From an uncultured delta proteobacterium (lineage in GTDB: Bacteria > Desulfobacterota > Binatia > UBA9968), in assembly GCA_963755715.1 (NCBI GenBank), contig CAVWLW010000074.1, forward strand, positions 1 through 64,000: DNA of 64,000 bases, in the 5' to 3' direction. The translations under genes and the position numbers were made by a program. Position 1 is the stretch's first letter. Each line of letters begins with the position of its first letter. Below are positions 31,015 through 40,465 of the stretch, one piece after another. The notes beneath the pieces are model-generated. The model was not told where the DNA came from, made no database searches, and saw only the letters and a list, made by a program, of their open reading frames with translations.

Positions 31015-31488
31015 TTACTTCTTGACGGGCCGAAAACCCTCGATGTCGAGAATCGATCCGTGTCGTAACCGCTTGGGCTTGACGATGACTTCAACTCTGC
31101 TGCCGATTTTAACTTGCTCGGGCTCGGTGACATCGAGCAGATAATGGAGCAGCGCCGTGGTGGCACCGTCTAATTGTGCGAGCGCCAAAGCTCGGGGGCG
31201 CCGTAGCGGTCGGCGATCGCGGTCGACATGGCAGATGGTGAAACTCACGAGTCGGCCGGTGGGTTTGACTTCCACCCGTTCGGTGAGTGCCGCGAAACAT
31301 CGTTCGCAGTAGGAGCGCGCCGGCAGATAGACTTGCTTGCATGGCCGGCAACGAGTGGCAATGAGCTGGGCGCGGCGCTTGAGCGCTTCAAAAAAGATCT
31401 GGCCGCCGCTGCCCGCGGTATACAAAGACGTAAGCGGGATGGTGCCGGGCCATGCGATAGGATCTTTGCTCGGTGCCGATCGAGTCAT
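31015..31488 (-). CDS. DUF35 (Zn-ribbon + OB-fold) protein
   Basis: CRPC..VYLPARSYCERC then OB fold; ATGA overlap with the upstream DUF35 gene. Confidence 0.88.
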   Translation of the reverse strand: MTRSAPSKDPIAWPGTIPLTSLYTAGSGGQIFFEALKRRAQLIATRCRPCKQVYLPARSYCERCFAALTERVEVKPTGRLVSFTICHVDRDRRPLRRPRALALAQLDGATTALLHYLLDVTEPEQVKIGSRVEVIVKPKRLRHGSILDIEGFRPVKK

Positions 31489-32000
31489 CTCGGTTCCTCG
31501 GTTTGTTTCACGGGTTCCCAATAGGCGATGTCGGTCACGCTTCCGCGGCGCTTGGACGGCGCGCGCCATACCGCGCGCACCGCCATGCCGACTCGCACCT
31601 GCTTTGGCCGCACCTTTTTGATTAGATGGAGGATGCCCATGCCGGGCGAAGCGCCGTCGATTGCGATGACCGCGGGGATCTCGGGTTGCTTCAAGCGACG
31701 CACGTCCCAGGAGACATAGCAGAGAGAAAAGGTGAGGATCCTGCCGGTATCGTTTACGTAAACCCAATCGTCGGTCGGGCGAAAGCAGCGCTCGCAAAAC
31801 ATGCGCGGCGGAATCATGACCCGTTGGCAGCCATCGCAGCGCCGGGCGATCAGCCGGCCCTGCTTGAGTTCTTCGAGATAGCGACCGATGGCTTCGCCGC
31901 TGTCCCAACGATAGCTCAGCTTCGGTTCATACGAAGTTGTGAAAATCTTGCCGCGCGATTTTTGTTTGTCGAGCGGGGTGCCAGCAAATTTCTGGATCAT
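31485..32000 (-). CDS. DUF35 (Zn-ribbon + OB-fold) protein
   Basis: CDGC.RVMIPPRMFCERC, G.ILTFS, GMAVRAVW, GSVTDIAYW. Confidence 0.88.
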   Translation of the reverse strand: MIQKFAGTPLDKQKSRGKIFTTSYEPKLSYRWDSGEAIGRYLEELKQGRLIARRCDGCQRVMIPPRMFCERCFRPTDDWVYVNDTGRILTFSLCYVSWDVRRLKQPEIPAVIAIDGASPGMGILHLIKKVRPKQVRVGMAVRAVWRAPSKRRGSVTDIAYWEPVKQTEEPR

Positions 32001-32010
32001 AAATATATTT

Positions 32011-33186
32011 TTACTCCGGTTTCTTCGTCCCCATAACAACGACCGTGCCGACTTGCATCAGATCGCCCCAAGCTTGAGCGACGCCGCGCTCGGGCTTGCC
32101 GGGCACTTGGCGTTTTGCCGCCTCACCGCGGAGCTGCCAATAGAGCTCACAGATTTTCATCATGCCCGCGGCCGCGATCGGATTGCCGACGCCGAGCAGC
32201 CCTCCCGAGGGCGTCACGGGCAAATCGCCGTTGCGTTCGAACACGCCGTCGGCGAGCAGTTTCGGCGCCTGTCCTTTGGGCGCGAGCTGCAAACCTTCGA
32301 GGTGATGGAGCTCTTTGTAAGCAAAGGGATCGTAGGGCTCGGCGATATTGATTTCCTTGCGCGGCTCTTTGACGCCGGCCATCCGGTAAGCCATCCAGGC
32401 AGCTTTCTCCACGTATTCGGGATAGGCCAGATCGCGATTGGTCCAGTAGGCGCTATCCAAACACCAACCGACGCCTTGAATCCAAATCGGCTTATCGGTG
32501 ACGCGGCGAGCCACTTCTTCCGCAGCGATGACAATGGCCGCGGCGCCGTCGCTGGTCGGGCTCACCATCAGTCGATGGACCGGCCAAGCCATGATCTCCG
32601 AAGCTAAAACGTCTTTCACCGTGAGCTTTGCGCCGAGCTGAGCAGCCGGATGATTCAGGGCGTTCCTTTTGTTTTTCACCGAGACCCGGGCGATCTCTTC
32701 GACGGTGATGCCGTAGGTTTCCATGTAGCGGTTCTGTTCCAGAGCAAAGATCCAGAGCAGATTCGGTTTTAGCGGTTGTTCGGTGATGGGATCGAAAATC
32801 GTCAGAAACGCCGCCTGGGGATGGGGCTGGCAAGTCGACATCTTTTCTTCGCAGACCACCAGCGCGGTGTCGAACATTCCCGAGGCGACTTGGAACCAGG
32901 CTTGAGCGACGGCGTACACGCCGGTGCCGCCGCCGACGTAGCAGCGCAGAAAGGGTTTGCGCCATGCGCCACAGCCGTCGGCGAGATACTCGCTTTTCAT
33001 GTGCACGCCGTCGAAAGCATCGGGCGCGCTGCCGAGAACCACGCAGTCAATCTGCTTAAGCTTTAGCTCGCTTGCAGCCAGCGCGGAGCGGGCCGCCAGC
33101 CAGGCAAGCTCTTTCGGCGTTTCGAGCGCGCGGTGCATGAATTTTGTCATACCCGCGCCGATGACGGCGACTTTGCGCTTAGCCAC
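32011..33186 (-). CDS. SCP-x-type thiolase-fold protein, Ltp3-like, lacking nucleophilic Cys
   Basis: VLGSAPDAFDGV, YVGGGTG at the CxSG site, EPYDPF, GGLLGVGNP. Confidence 0.85.
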   Translation of the reverse strand: MAKRKVAVIGAGMTKFMHRALETPKELAWLAARSALAASELKLKQIDCVVLGSAPDAFDGVHMKSEYLADGCGAWRKPFLRCYVGGGTGVYAVAQAWFQVASGMFDTALVVCEEKMSTCQPHPQAAFLTIFDPITEQPLKPNLLWIFALEQNRYMETYGITVEEIARVSVKNKRNALNHPAAQLGAKLTVKDVLASEIMAWPVHRLMVSPTSDGAAAIVIAAEEVARRVTDKPIWIQGVGWCLDSAYWTNRDLAYPEYVEKAAWMAYRMAGVKEPRKEINIAEPYDPFAYKELHHLEGLQLAPKGQAPKLLADGVFERNGDLPVTPSGGLLGVGNPIAAAGMMKICELYWQLRGEAAKRQVPGKPERGVAQAWGDLMQVGTVVVMGTKKPE

Positions 33187-34342
33187 GGGGAGGCTCCACG
33201 CCGAGGATGACCACCGCGCCGCTGGTGGTCGGAACGCCGCGCCATGACTGCGCCAGGCCGATTTTCGCGCGCGACAACTGGCGCTCGCCGGCCTTGCCGC
33301 GCAGCTGAAGCACTAATTCGACCACGCGATAAAGCCCGCTCGCTTCCAGCGCCAGACCCATCCCCAACGCGCCGCCGGAGACGTTCGCCGGCATTTTTCC
33401 ATCCTGGCGGGTTTCACCCGCCTCGATGGCGCGGCCGGCTTGGGCCGGTTTGTCGTATAGACCGAGCGCGATCAGATGTTGCAGCTCCTTATAGGCATAG
33501 GTGTCGTCGACTTCAAAAAAATCGACCTCATGGGGGGACTTAATACCCGCTTGACGGTAAGCCGCTCGAGCTGAGAGTCGGGCGTACTCGGCATTGCTCC
33601 AATCGCGCGATTCCAAAGTCGGACTGTCGGTCGCAAAGCCGCTGCCCAAAATCCACAAGGGTTGGCTGGGCGCTTTGCGCGCTTTCGCTTCGTTTGCGAC
33701 GACGACCACGACGCAGCCGTCCGCGCTCTTGGCCAGCTCGGCTTCACGCAGCGGATAGGCGAGATAAGGCGATGATTCGACTTGCGCCAGATCGGTATCG
33801 AGCGGGTACGCGGACAACGGATTACAACGCGCGTTGCGCTGGTTTTTGACGACGACTTGAGCGCACTGGGAGCCGGTGATGCCGCTTCGACTCAAAAAGC
33901 GGTTCATTTCCAGCCCGGCTATGGCGTGGGGTGTAAGGCCCAGCGGCCGGTTGTAGACCGGATCCAAAGCATAGTCGAGAATCCAGTCCGGCGTTTGGAC
34001 GTTGGAAGCTTTGCTGTGGGCCTCGACGGCGACGATCTCGGCAATTCCGGAGCGAATCTGCATCAGCGCATCTGCGATACCGTGAAGCCCGTCCTGAGTG
34101 AGGGTGTGCATCGGCTTTTGCACCGCGCCGAGCTGATCGGGGGTGTATTCATCGAAAATCGATATACCTTCATTGAGATCTTCCGCGCAGGTGACGAAGG
34201 AATCGATCTCGTCGAAGCGAACGGAGGCATCGGCGTAGGCCTTTTGCGCCGTCTCAAACACGAGCTCCTTGAACGAGCACGCGGGGGTCGCCGGTTCAAG
34301 CGGGCTGAAGCCAATGCCGATGATTGCAATGCGCTCTGCCAT
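33179..34342 (-). CDS. SCP-x-type thiolase-fold protein, Ltp4-like, no canonical catalytic residues
   Basis: EDLNEGISIFDE..PDQLGAV, TQDGLHG, EVDDTY, GGALGMG; overlaps the next gene. Confidence 0.85.
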   Translation of the reverse strand: MAERIAIIGIGFSPLEPATPACSFKELVFETAQKAYADASVRFDEIDSFVTCAEDLNEGISIFDEYTPDQLGAVQKPMHTLTQDGLHGIADALMQIRSGIAEIVAVEAHSKASNVQTPDWILDYALDPVYNRPLGLTPHAIAGLEMNRFLSRSGITGSQCAQVVVKNQRNARCNPLSAYPLDTDLAQVESSPYLAYPLREAELAKSADGCVVVVVANEAKARKAPSQPLWILGSGFATDSPTLESRDWSNAEYARLSARAAYRQAGIKSPHEVDFFEVDDTYAYKELQHLIALGLYDKPAQAGRAIEAGETRQDGKMPANVSGGALGMGLALEASGLYRVVELVLQLRGKAGERQLSRAKIGLAQSWRGVPTTSGAVVILGVEPPRG

Positions 34343-34441
34343 GGGGTCCGCACCGCCTAGATTACAGCATGGAGCCTCCGATTATTTCGGAATCGCGACA
34401 CGCCGCCATATTGGTTCTCCTCGCAGCACGATAGGCTCGGG

Positions 34442-35980
34442 TCAAGCTGCGTGGGGCGCCGTCAATGTTCTTCGTTCTCGCTCGCGCTCCCGGAGCTCGC
34501 GCTTGAGTATCTTCCCCGCGGGATTGCGCGGCAGGCTGTCGATGAACTCGACGAATCGCGGCGCTTTATAATCGGCGATGCGCGCCCTGGCATAATCGAT
34601 GATCTCCGGTTCGTGAGCGGCGGCGCTCTGTTTCAAGACGACGAAAGCTTTCACCGCTTCGCCCGAGTCTGGATCTTCGATGCCGACAACTGCCGCTTCG
34701 CTCACGCTCGGGTGCTGGAGCAAAACTTCCTCGACCTCGCGCGGCCACACCTTGAAGCCCGAGACATTGATCATGTCCTTGGCACGGTCCACCAGATAGA
34801 AATAGCCGTCGGCGTCGGCCCTGCCGATGTCCCCGGTCAAAAACCAGCCGTCGCGGATGACTTGGGCGGTTTCTTTGGGCCGGCGGAAATAGCCCAGCAT
34901 CACGTTGGGACCCTTGATTGCGATCTCTCCGGTCTCGCCCGCCGGCAGCGCGCGTCCTTCGGGGTCGACGATTTTCATCTCGACTTTTTCTAGGGGCGTG
35001 CCGACGCTCCCTTCGCGGTACAGGGAATCGTGGTTGTAGCTGGCGAAAGGCGAAGTCTCGGTCAGGCCGTAGCCTTCGTAGATGATCTGCCCGATTCTTC
35101 GTTGCCATTGGCGCGCCACGACCACCGGCATGGGCGCGGCGGCGGTGAAGCAGTAGCGGACCGTGCGGAAATATTCCTCGATATTGGGCTCGGCGAGCAG
35201 ATGCTGATAAACCGGCGGGACGCCGAAAAACATGCTGACGCGATGGCTTTTGACGGACTCAAGAATTTCTTCGGCTTGGAAACGCTCGTGGAGCACGAGC
35301 GTTGCGCCGGCATCGAGGGCGGCGTTCATGATAAAATTTTGACCGAAGCAGTGAAAAAGCGGCAGATAGCAAATCAGTCGATCGTCCGATGCCATTTGCG
35401 TGTGATGCCGGGTGGCCTGGATATTGGAGATGATATTGCCGTGGGAGAGCAACGCGCCCTTCGGTTTTCCCGTGGTTCCCGACGTGTAAAGAATTGCTGC
35501 GCCGTCATTGTTCGCTAAATCTGCGGCCGAGGTTTCGCCCGATGCCAGCGCGAGAAAGTCCTCGAGCGGAAATACATCGGCGCGCTGCGGCTTGTCGACG
35601 CACAGGATCTTCTTGAGCGAGGGAACTTCCCTGGCGTCGGGAACTTGCTCGATGAGCTTGTTTGCGGTGATCAGGACCGATGATTCGGAATCGTTGAGAA
35701 TAAACTTAACTTCGTCGTGCTTGAGCATGACGTTCAATGAAACCGCGATGGCGCCCAGGCGCACGACGGCGTAATAGGCCGTGATGAATTCCGGCCAGTT
35801 TGGTAAAAAGAGCGCGACTCGATCGCCGCGCTTGAGGTGGGCCACTTGTTCGAGCGCTGAGCTCAGGCGGCAAGCTCGCTGGTAAAGCTCACCGTAGGCG
35901 ATGCTCTCGCCTGCAAACAAAATCGCCTGCTTCTTGGGAAAAAGACCGTTGCCGTATTCCAACACATCGAAGATGTTCAT
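34442..35980 (-). CDS. AMP-forming acyl/aryl-CoA ligase
   Basis: YTSGTTGKPKG, LPLFH, YGLTETSP, TGDIG, DRAKD, GKILK; ATGA overlap with the MIO enzyme. Confidence 0.93.
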   Translation of the reverse strand: MNIFDVLEYGNGLFPKKQAILFAGESIAYGELYQRACRLSSALEQVAHLKRGDRVALFLPNWPEFITAYYAVVRLGAIAVSLNVMLKHDEVKFILNDSESSVLITANKLIEQVPDAREVPSLKKILCVDKPQRADVFPLEDFLALASGETSAADLANNDGAAILYTSGTTGKPKGALLSHGNIISNIQATRHHTQMASDDRLICYLPLFHCFGQNFIMNAALDAGATLVLHERFQAEEILESVKSHRVSMFFGVPPVYQHLLAEPNIEEYFRTVRYCFTAAAPMPVVVARQWQRRIGQIIYEGYGLTETSPFASYNHDSLYREGSVGTPLEKVEMKIVDPEGRALPAGETGEIAIKGPNVMLGYFRRPKETAQVIRDGWFLTGDIGRADADGYFYLVDRAKDMINVSGFKVWPREVEEVLLQHPSVSEAAVVGIEDPDSGEAVKAFVVLKQSAAAHEPEIIDYARARIADYKAPRFVEFIDSLPRNPAGKILKRELRERERERRTLTAPHAA

Positions 35981-37578
35981 GGTCCGGCCCTCCAGTCGGG
36001 AAGAGGAATGAGCCTTTTTTGGATCAGCTCGCCGACTTTGGCGATGTCTCGATCCAACGGCCTATCCTCGTCTAAAAACGTCACTTCGCTTCTCACCGTG
36101 GCATAAATGGCCTGATTGCCTTTGCCGAGATAGTTGGCCGCGCGCCGCAAGTCGATGGCCTGGCAGAGCGCGATGAGCACCATCGCCACGGCCTCTCGCG
36201 CCAGGGCGGTCATGTCCATGGCGGTCAACGCCGAGTGCGTGCCCAAGCTCACCATATCTTGGTTGTACTGCTCGGTGGGCAGGGTATGGATCATGCTCGG
36301 CTGAGCGAGCTGGCGAAGGGCGCAGACCAGACTCGTCAGGCACAGCTGCACGCCTTTGAAGCCGGTGGAAACTCCGGGATTGGGCGACAGATTGGACGGC
36401 AGCCCGTTGCTGAAGCGCTCGTCGACGAGCATCGCCATGATGGCATGAAGCCAGTTGGCCAAGGTGGCGAGATCGATTTTCCAGCCATCGAGCGCGCGCG
36501 CCACGTGACCGCCGTAGAAATTACCCGTGTGGTAGATCTCGCCCCGAACGGGATCGACCAACGGGTTGTCATTGACGGAGTTGGCCTCGCGCTCGAGGGT
36601 CCTTCGATATTCCTCCAGAGCGTCGAGAAGCGGGCCGAGACCTTGCGGCGCGCAGCGCAGCGAGTAGGGCGACTGAATGCATTCCTCGGCGCGGACCACG
36701 CCTTGACGCTTCGCCTCTCTGGTATCGCTCAGCTGAGCGCGGAGGAGGTCGAGGTTGCGAACATTGCCGCTGGTGCTGAGAAGCTCGCGGCAAAAAGCTG
36801 CCGCGGTGATCTGGCCCGGATGGTTTTTTGCCCGGTGAATGGCGTCTTTGAACGGGTCGTCAGTGGCGCCAAGCGCTTCCAATGCCAAGCTTACACACGC
36901 CAAGACTGAAGCGGTAAGATAAGCGCCGTCGTCAATCACCAGCGAGCCAATCCCATTCATCACGGTGGTGCCGTTGACCAGGGCGAGCGCCTCCTTGGCT
37001 TCGAGCCGAAGCGGTTCCATGCGGGCGTCGGCCAGAGTTCGATCTGCGGGCCGGACCGTTCCTTGATAATAAACCTCTCCTTGACCCAAGAGCGCTCGGG
37101 CGATGTAGGCCGACGGAATCAGATCGCCGCTCGCTCCCACCGAGCCGTAGCGCGGCACCACAGGCGTGATGCGCTTATTGAGGAGGTCGAGAAGTTTTTC
37201 GATGATCACCAGGCGCACACCGGAGAATCCTTTGGCCAGCGCGTTGGCTCTGAGCAACATCGCCGCGCGTACGGTGTCTTCCGGCAAAGCCGTGCCCACC
37301 CCGCAGGCGAGGAACTGGAACATATTTTCTTGATGCTTGGAGATTTCCGAAGACGGGATGAGATAGCGCGCGTTGCCGCCGAAGCCGGTATTGACGCCGT
37401 AAATGATCTCTCCGGCCGCTAGTTTTTTCTCTAACAGCCGCCGCGACGCAGAAATTTTTTCCCGTACGTTGAGATGGGATACGAGTTCAACACGCTTACT
37501 GAGACGGGCGACCGAAGCGACCTTCGCGATCGTCAGGCCATCTCCGGAGATTTCCACGAGAGAGGGATTCATTTCCAT
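35977..37578 (-). CDS. MIO-dependent aromatic amino acid ammonia-lyase/aminomutase, phenylalanine type (PAL/PAM)
   Basis: YGVNTGFGG, ASG in GSVGASGDL, FL at the specificity site (HAL has SH), NQD (HAL has QED). Confidence 0.88.
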   Translation of the reverse strand: MEMNPSLVEISGDGLTIAKVASVARLSKRVELVSHLNVREKISASRRLLEKKLAAGEIIYGVNTGFGGNARYLIPSSEISKHQENMFQFLACGVGTALPEDTVRAAMLLRANALAKGFSGVRLVIIEKLLDLLNKRITPVVPRYGSVGASGDLIPSAYIARALLGQGEVYYQGTVRPADRTLADARMEPLRLEAKEALALVNGTTVMNGIGSLVIDDGAYLTASVLACVSLALEALGATDDPFKDAIHRAKNHPGQITAAAFCRELLSTSGNVRNLDLLRAQLSDTREAKRQGVVRAEECIQSPYSLRCAPQGLGPLLDALEEYRRTLEREANSVNDNPLVDPVRGEIYHTGNFYGGHVARALDGWKIDLATLANWLHAIMAMLVDERFSNGLPSNLSPNPGVSTGFKGVQLCLTSLVCALRQLAQPSMIHTLPTEQYNQDMVSLGTHSALTAMDMTALAREAVAMVLIALCQAIDLRRAANYLGKGNQAIYATVRSEVTFLDEDRPLDRDIAKVGELIQKRLIPLPDWRAGP

Positions 37579-37601
37579 GAGACCCCCCAGCTGCAAGTCT
37601 A

Positions 37602-37610
37602 ATTATAGCA
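37602..37610 (-). promoter_or_regulatory. Extended -10 promoter upstream of the PAL-type gene
   Basis: TGCTATAAT on the minus strand about 24 nt before the ATG. Confidence 0.5.
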
Positions 37611-37688
37611 TCCACCAGGGGGCATGAAACAAGGACCATTGCCACGAGCTGGAAAGAACGGAGAGAAGGGTGGGAAAGGCGCCGAAGA

Positions 37689-39104
37689 TTATAAGGGGCG
37701 CCGCGCAAGCGCGTGAGTCGCCGTGCCGTAAAACGATTCCGCGGCTTCCATCAGGGTCTCCGATAGCGTCGGATGGGGATGCACCGAATCGGCGATGTCA
37801 CGCGCAGTGGCGCCCATTTCCACGGCGAGTACGCCTTCGCTGATCAGTTCGCCGGCGCCGACGCCGACGATGCCGACGCCGAGGATGCGCTCGCTCTCCG
37901 GTTCGATAATGAGTTTGGTCAAGCCGTCGGGCCGATCCAAAGTGAGCGCGCGGCCGGAAGCGCCCCAGAGAAATTTGGCGATCTTAACCTCGATGTTTTT
38001 TTGCTTGGCTTCGGTTTCGGTGAGACCGCACCAGGCGACTTCCGGATCGGTAAAAACCACTGCGGGGATCACTACGTTTTCGAATGCGCTCGCTTCACCG
38101 AGCATCGCTTCCACGGCGATCTTTGCCTCTTTGAATGCGCGGTGGGCGAGGAGGGTGCCGCCGTTGACGTCACCGACCGCGTAAATGTTCGGGTCTTCGG
38201 TTTGCTGCTGGGCGTTGCATTGAATGAAACCTTTGTCATCTTTGGTGACTTTGGTGTTTTCCAGTCCAAGATCGGCCAGATTGGGCACGCGCCCGACGCT
38301 CACGAGGACGCGGTCGTAAAGTTCCTCGCGCTGCTCTTTGTTGATCTCCGTGATGACTTTGATCTGCTTGCCGGCGGTGGCCATCTTGAGCACTTTGGTG
38401 TTCAGGCGGATCTCCTTGAAGGCCTTTTGCGCTACGCGACTGACCGGACGCACCAAATCGGGATCGACACCGGTAAGAATCGAAGGCAATGCTTCGAGGA
38501 CGACGACGCGACTGCCGAGAGCGGCATAGACGGTGCCGAGCTCCATGCCGATGTAACCGCCGCCGACCACCAATAGGTCTTGCGGGACATCGGGCAGCTC
38601 GAGCGCCTCCGTGGAGGTCATGATGCGTTTGTTGCCGAGGTCGAAGGCGTTGGGCATGGCCGGCTTGGAGCCCACCGCGATGATGGCTTTTTCGTAACGG
38701 ATAAATTTCTGGCCTGCGTCGGTCTCGACCCGCAGAGTTTGCGAATCTTCGAAGTGGCCGCGGCCGTGCACGACTTCGACGTTGCGATGCTGCGCCAGAG
38801 TTTTAATTCCCTGGCCGAGTTTTTCGACGATCGATTCTTTCCACGCGCGCAGCTTGTCCAGATTAAGATTGAGCGCGCCAAATTCGATGCCGCGTTTGGA
38901 CGACTCCTTCGACTCGCGCATGACCGCAGTAGCATGCAGCAATGCCTTGGACGGAATGCAGCCGACGTTCATACACACGCCGCCGAGCCGGGGATTTTGT
39001 TCGACGAGAGTTACTTTTTTACCCTTGTCAGCGGCGTAAAACGCGGCGGTGTAACCGCCGGGGCCGGCGCCGAGAACGAGGATTTCAGTGCTGGTCGGTT
39101 CCAT
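37689..39104 (-). CDS. lpdA: Dihydrolipoamide dehydrogenase E3
   Basis: GAGPGGY, GGVCMNVGCIPSK, GGGYIG, HPHPTLSE. Confidence 0.95.
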   Translation of the reverse strand: MEPTSTEILVLGAGPGGYTAAFYAADKGKKVTLVEQNPRLGGVCMNVGCIPSKALLHATAVMRESKESSKRGIEFGALNLNLDKLRAWKESIVEKLGQGIKTLAQHRNVEVVHGRGHFEDSQTLRVETDAGQKFIRYEKAIIAVGSKPAMPNAFDLGNKRIMTSTEALELPDVPQDLLVVGGGYIGMELGTVYAALGSRVVVLEALPSILTGVDPDLVRPVSRVAQKAFKEIRLNTKVLKMATAGKQIKVITEINKEQREELYDRVLVSVGRVPNLADLGLENTKVTKDDKGFIQCNAQQQTEDPNIYAVGDVNGGTLLAHRAFKEAKIAVEAMLGEASAFENVVIPAVVFTDPEVAWCGLTETEAKQKNIEVKIAKFLWGASGRALTLDRPDGLTKLIIEPESERILGVGIVGVGAGELISEGVLAVEMGATARDIADSVHPHPTLSETLMEAAESFYGTATHALARRPL

Positions 39105-39115
39105 AGATTAAGGTT

Positions 39116-40432
39116 TTACTTGAGCTTCAAGTCGGCTTCATCGAATGCTTCGAGTCCAGCGATAACGTCCTTTAAAAAGCGCACGGCGTCGGCGCCGTCG
39201 AGAACGCGGTGATCGTAGGCGAGGCAGAGCGGCACGATCGTTCTGATGGCGATCTTTCCATCGATCGCGACCGGTTTGGCCTGCCCTTGCCCGACGCCCA
39301 AGATCGCGACCTGGGGCGCGTAGATGATCGGCGTAAAGTGGCTGCCGCCGATGCTGCCCTGGTTCGAAATCGTAAACGTGCCGCCTTGCAGCTCCTCGAG
39401 GGAAATCTTGCGTTGGCGGGTCTTCTCCGTGAGCGCGTGCAGCTCCTGCGAAAGCTCAAAAAGATTTTTCCGATCGACGTCGCGCAACGTCGGCACGATC
39501 AGCCCGCCTTCGGTATCCACCGCGACGCCGATGTGGCAGTAGTCTTTGTAAACGATCTCGTGGGCTGCTTCATCCATGCTGGCGTTTGTGCGCGGATGCT
39601 TTTTCAAAGCGCGGCCAAGCACCAGCAGCAAAAACGACGTGAACGTGAGATGGGCGCCCTTTTGCTCATATGCGGCTGCATGCTTTTTGCGCAGCGCCAG
39701 CAGCGCGGTAATGTCGGCGTCGGCGAATTGATTTATTTTCGGGATCGTTGTCCACGATTCCACCATCCGGCGGCTGACCGTGCGCCGGAGCGGCGACATT
39801 TTTTCCCGGCGTATCGGCCCCCATTTGGCAAAATCGATGGCTTCGCTCGGTGCCGGAGTCGGACCGCTGGCGGAAGCGGCGGGCTGCGCGCTTGACGGGG
39901 CGCTGTGAAATGCGATCTGCTGCAAGCGCTGAACATAAGCGCGCAGATCGCCGAGATTGATTCTGCCGCCGGCCTCGCTGCCTTTGATTCTCGTTAGATC
40001 GATGCCGAGATCGCGCGCGATCTTGCGCACCGACGGCGGCGCGGGTGGCGGCGCGCCGCTTTTCGACTCGTAATGGTAGTTTTCCACGGCCGCGGCAGTG
40101 GTTGCCGGCTGCGTTTGCGGCGGCGTGGTCGGCCTCGTCGGTGGCGCTTCAGTAGTGGCCGGCGCCTGCGGCGGCTTCGCGCTCGCAGCGCTTGCGGTGC
40201 CGCTCGATTCAATGGCGATCAAGGCTTGGCCGACCGCGACTTCCATGCCTTGCTTCACGTAAATTTTCGTCACAATGCCCGAGCTTGGCGCAGGGATCGA
40301 ACCCACCGCTTTTTGGGTTTCGAGCTCCATGATGGCCTGATCTTTTTTGACTTCCTGGCCTTCGGCGACCAGGATGCTTACGACCGTGCCGGACTCTACA
40401 CCTTCAGCGAGCTGGGGAAGTTTCACGTCCAT
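39116..40432 (-). CDS. aceF: Pyruvate dehydrogenase E2
   Basis: Lipoyl ETQKA, Ala/Pro linkers, DHRVLDG; follows aceE. Confidence 0.9.
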   Translation of the reverse strand: MDVKLPQLAEGVESGTVVSILVAEGQEVKKDQAIMELETQKAVGSIPAPSSGIVTKIYVKQGMEVAVGQALIAIESSGTASAASAKPPQAPATTEAPPTRPTTPPQTQPATTAAAVENYHYESKSGAPPPAPPSVRKIARDLGIDLTRIKGSEAGGRINLGDLRAYVQRLQQIAFHSAPSSAQPAASASGPTPAPSEAIDFAKWGPIRREKMSPLRRTVSRRMVESWTTIPKINQFADADITALLALRKKHAAAYEQKGAHLTFTSFLLLVLGRALKKHPRTNASMDEAAHEIVYKDYCHIGVAVDTEGGLIVPTLRDVDRKNLFELSQELHALTEKTRQRKISLEELQGGTFTISNQGSIGGSHFTPIIYAPQVAILGVGQGQAKPVAIDGKIAIRTIVPLCLAYDHRVLDGADAVRFLKDVIAGLEAFDEADLKLK

Positions 40433-40465
40433 GAAAAATTTTTGCGAATGCGTTTTTGAGAGTGA

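Noticed and set aside
31489-31908. 297-aa version of the DUF35 ORF
   Set aside because: The extension overlaps the upstream DUF35 gene; ATGA coupling gives a start at 31488.
35977-37578. Histidine ammonia-lyase hutH call
   Set aside because: Lacks SH and QED motifs; no hut genes nearby.
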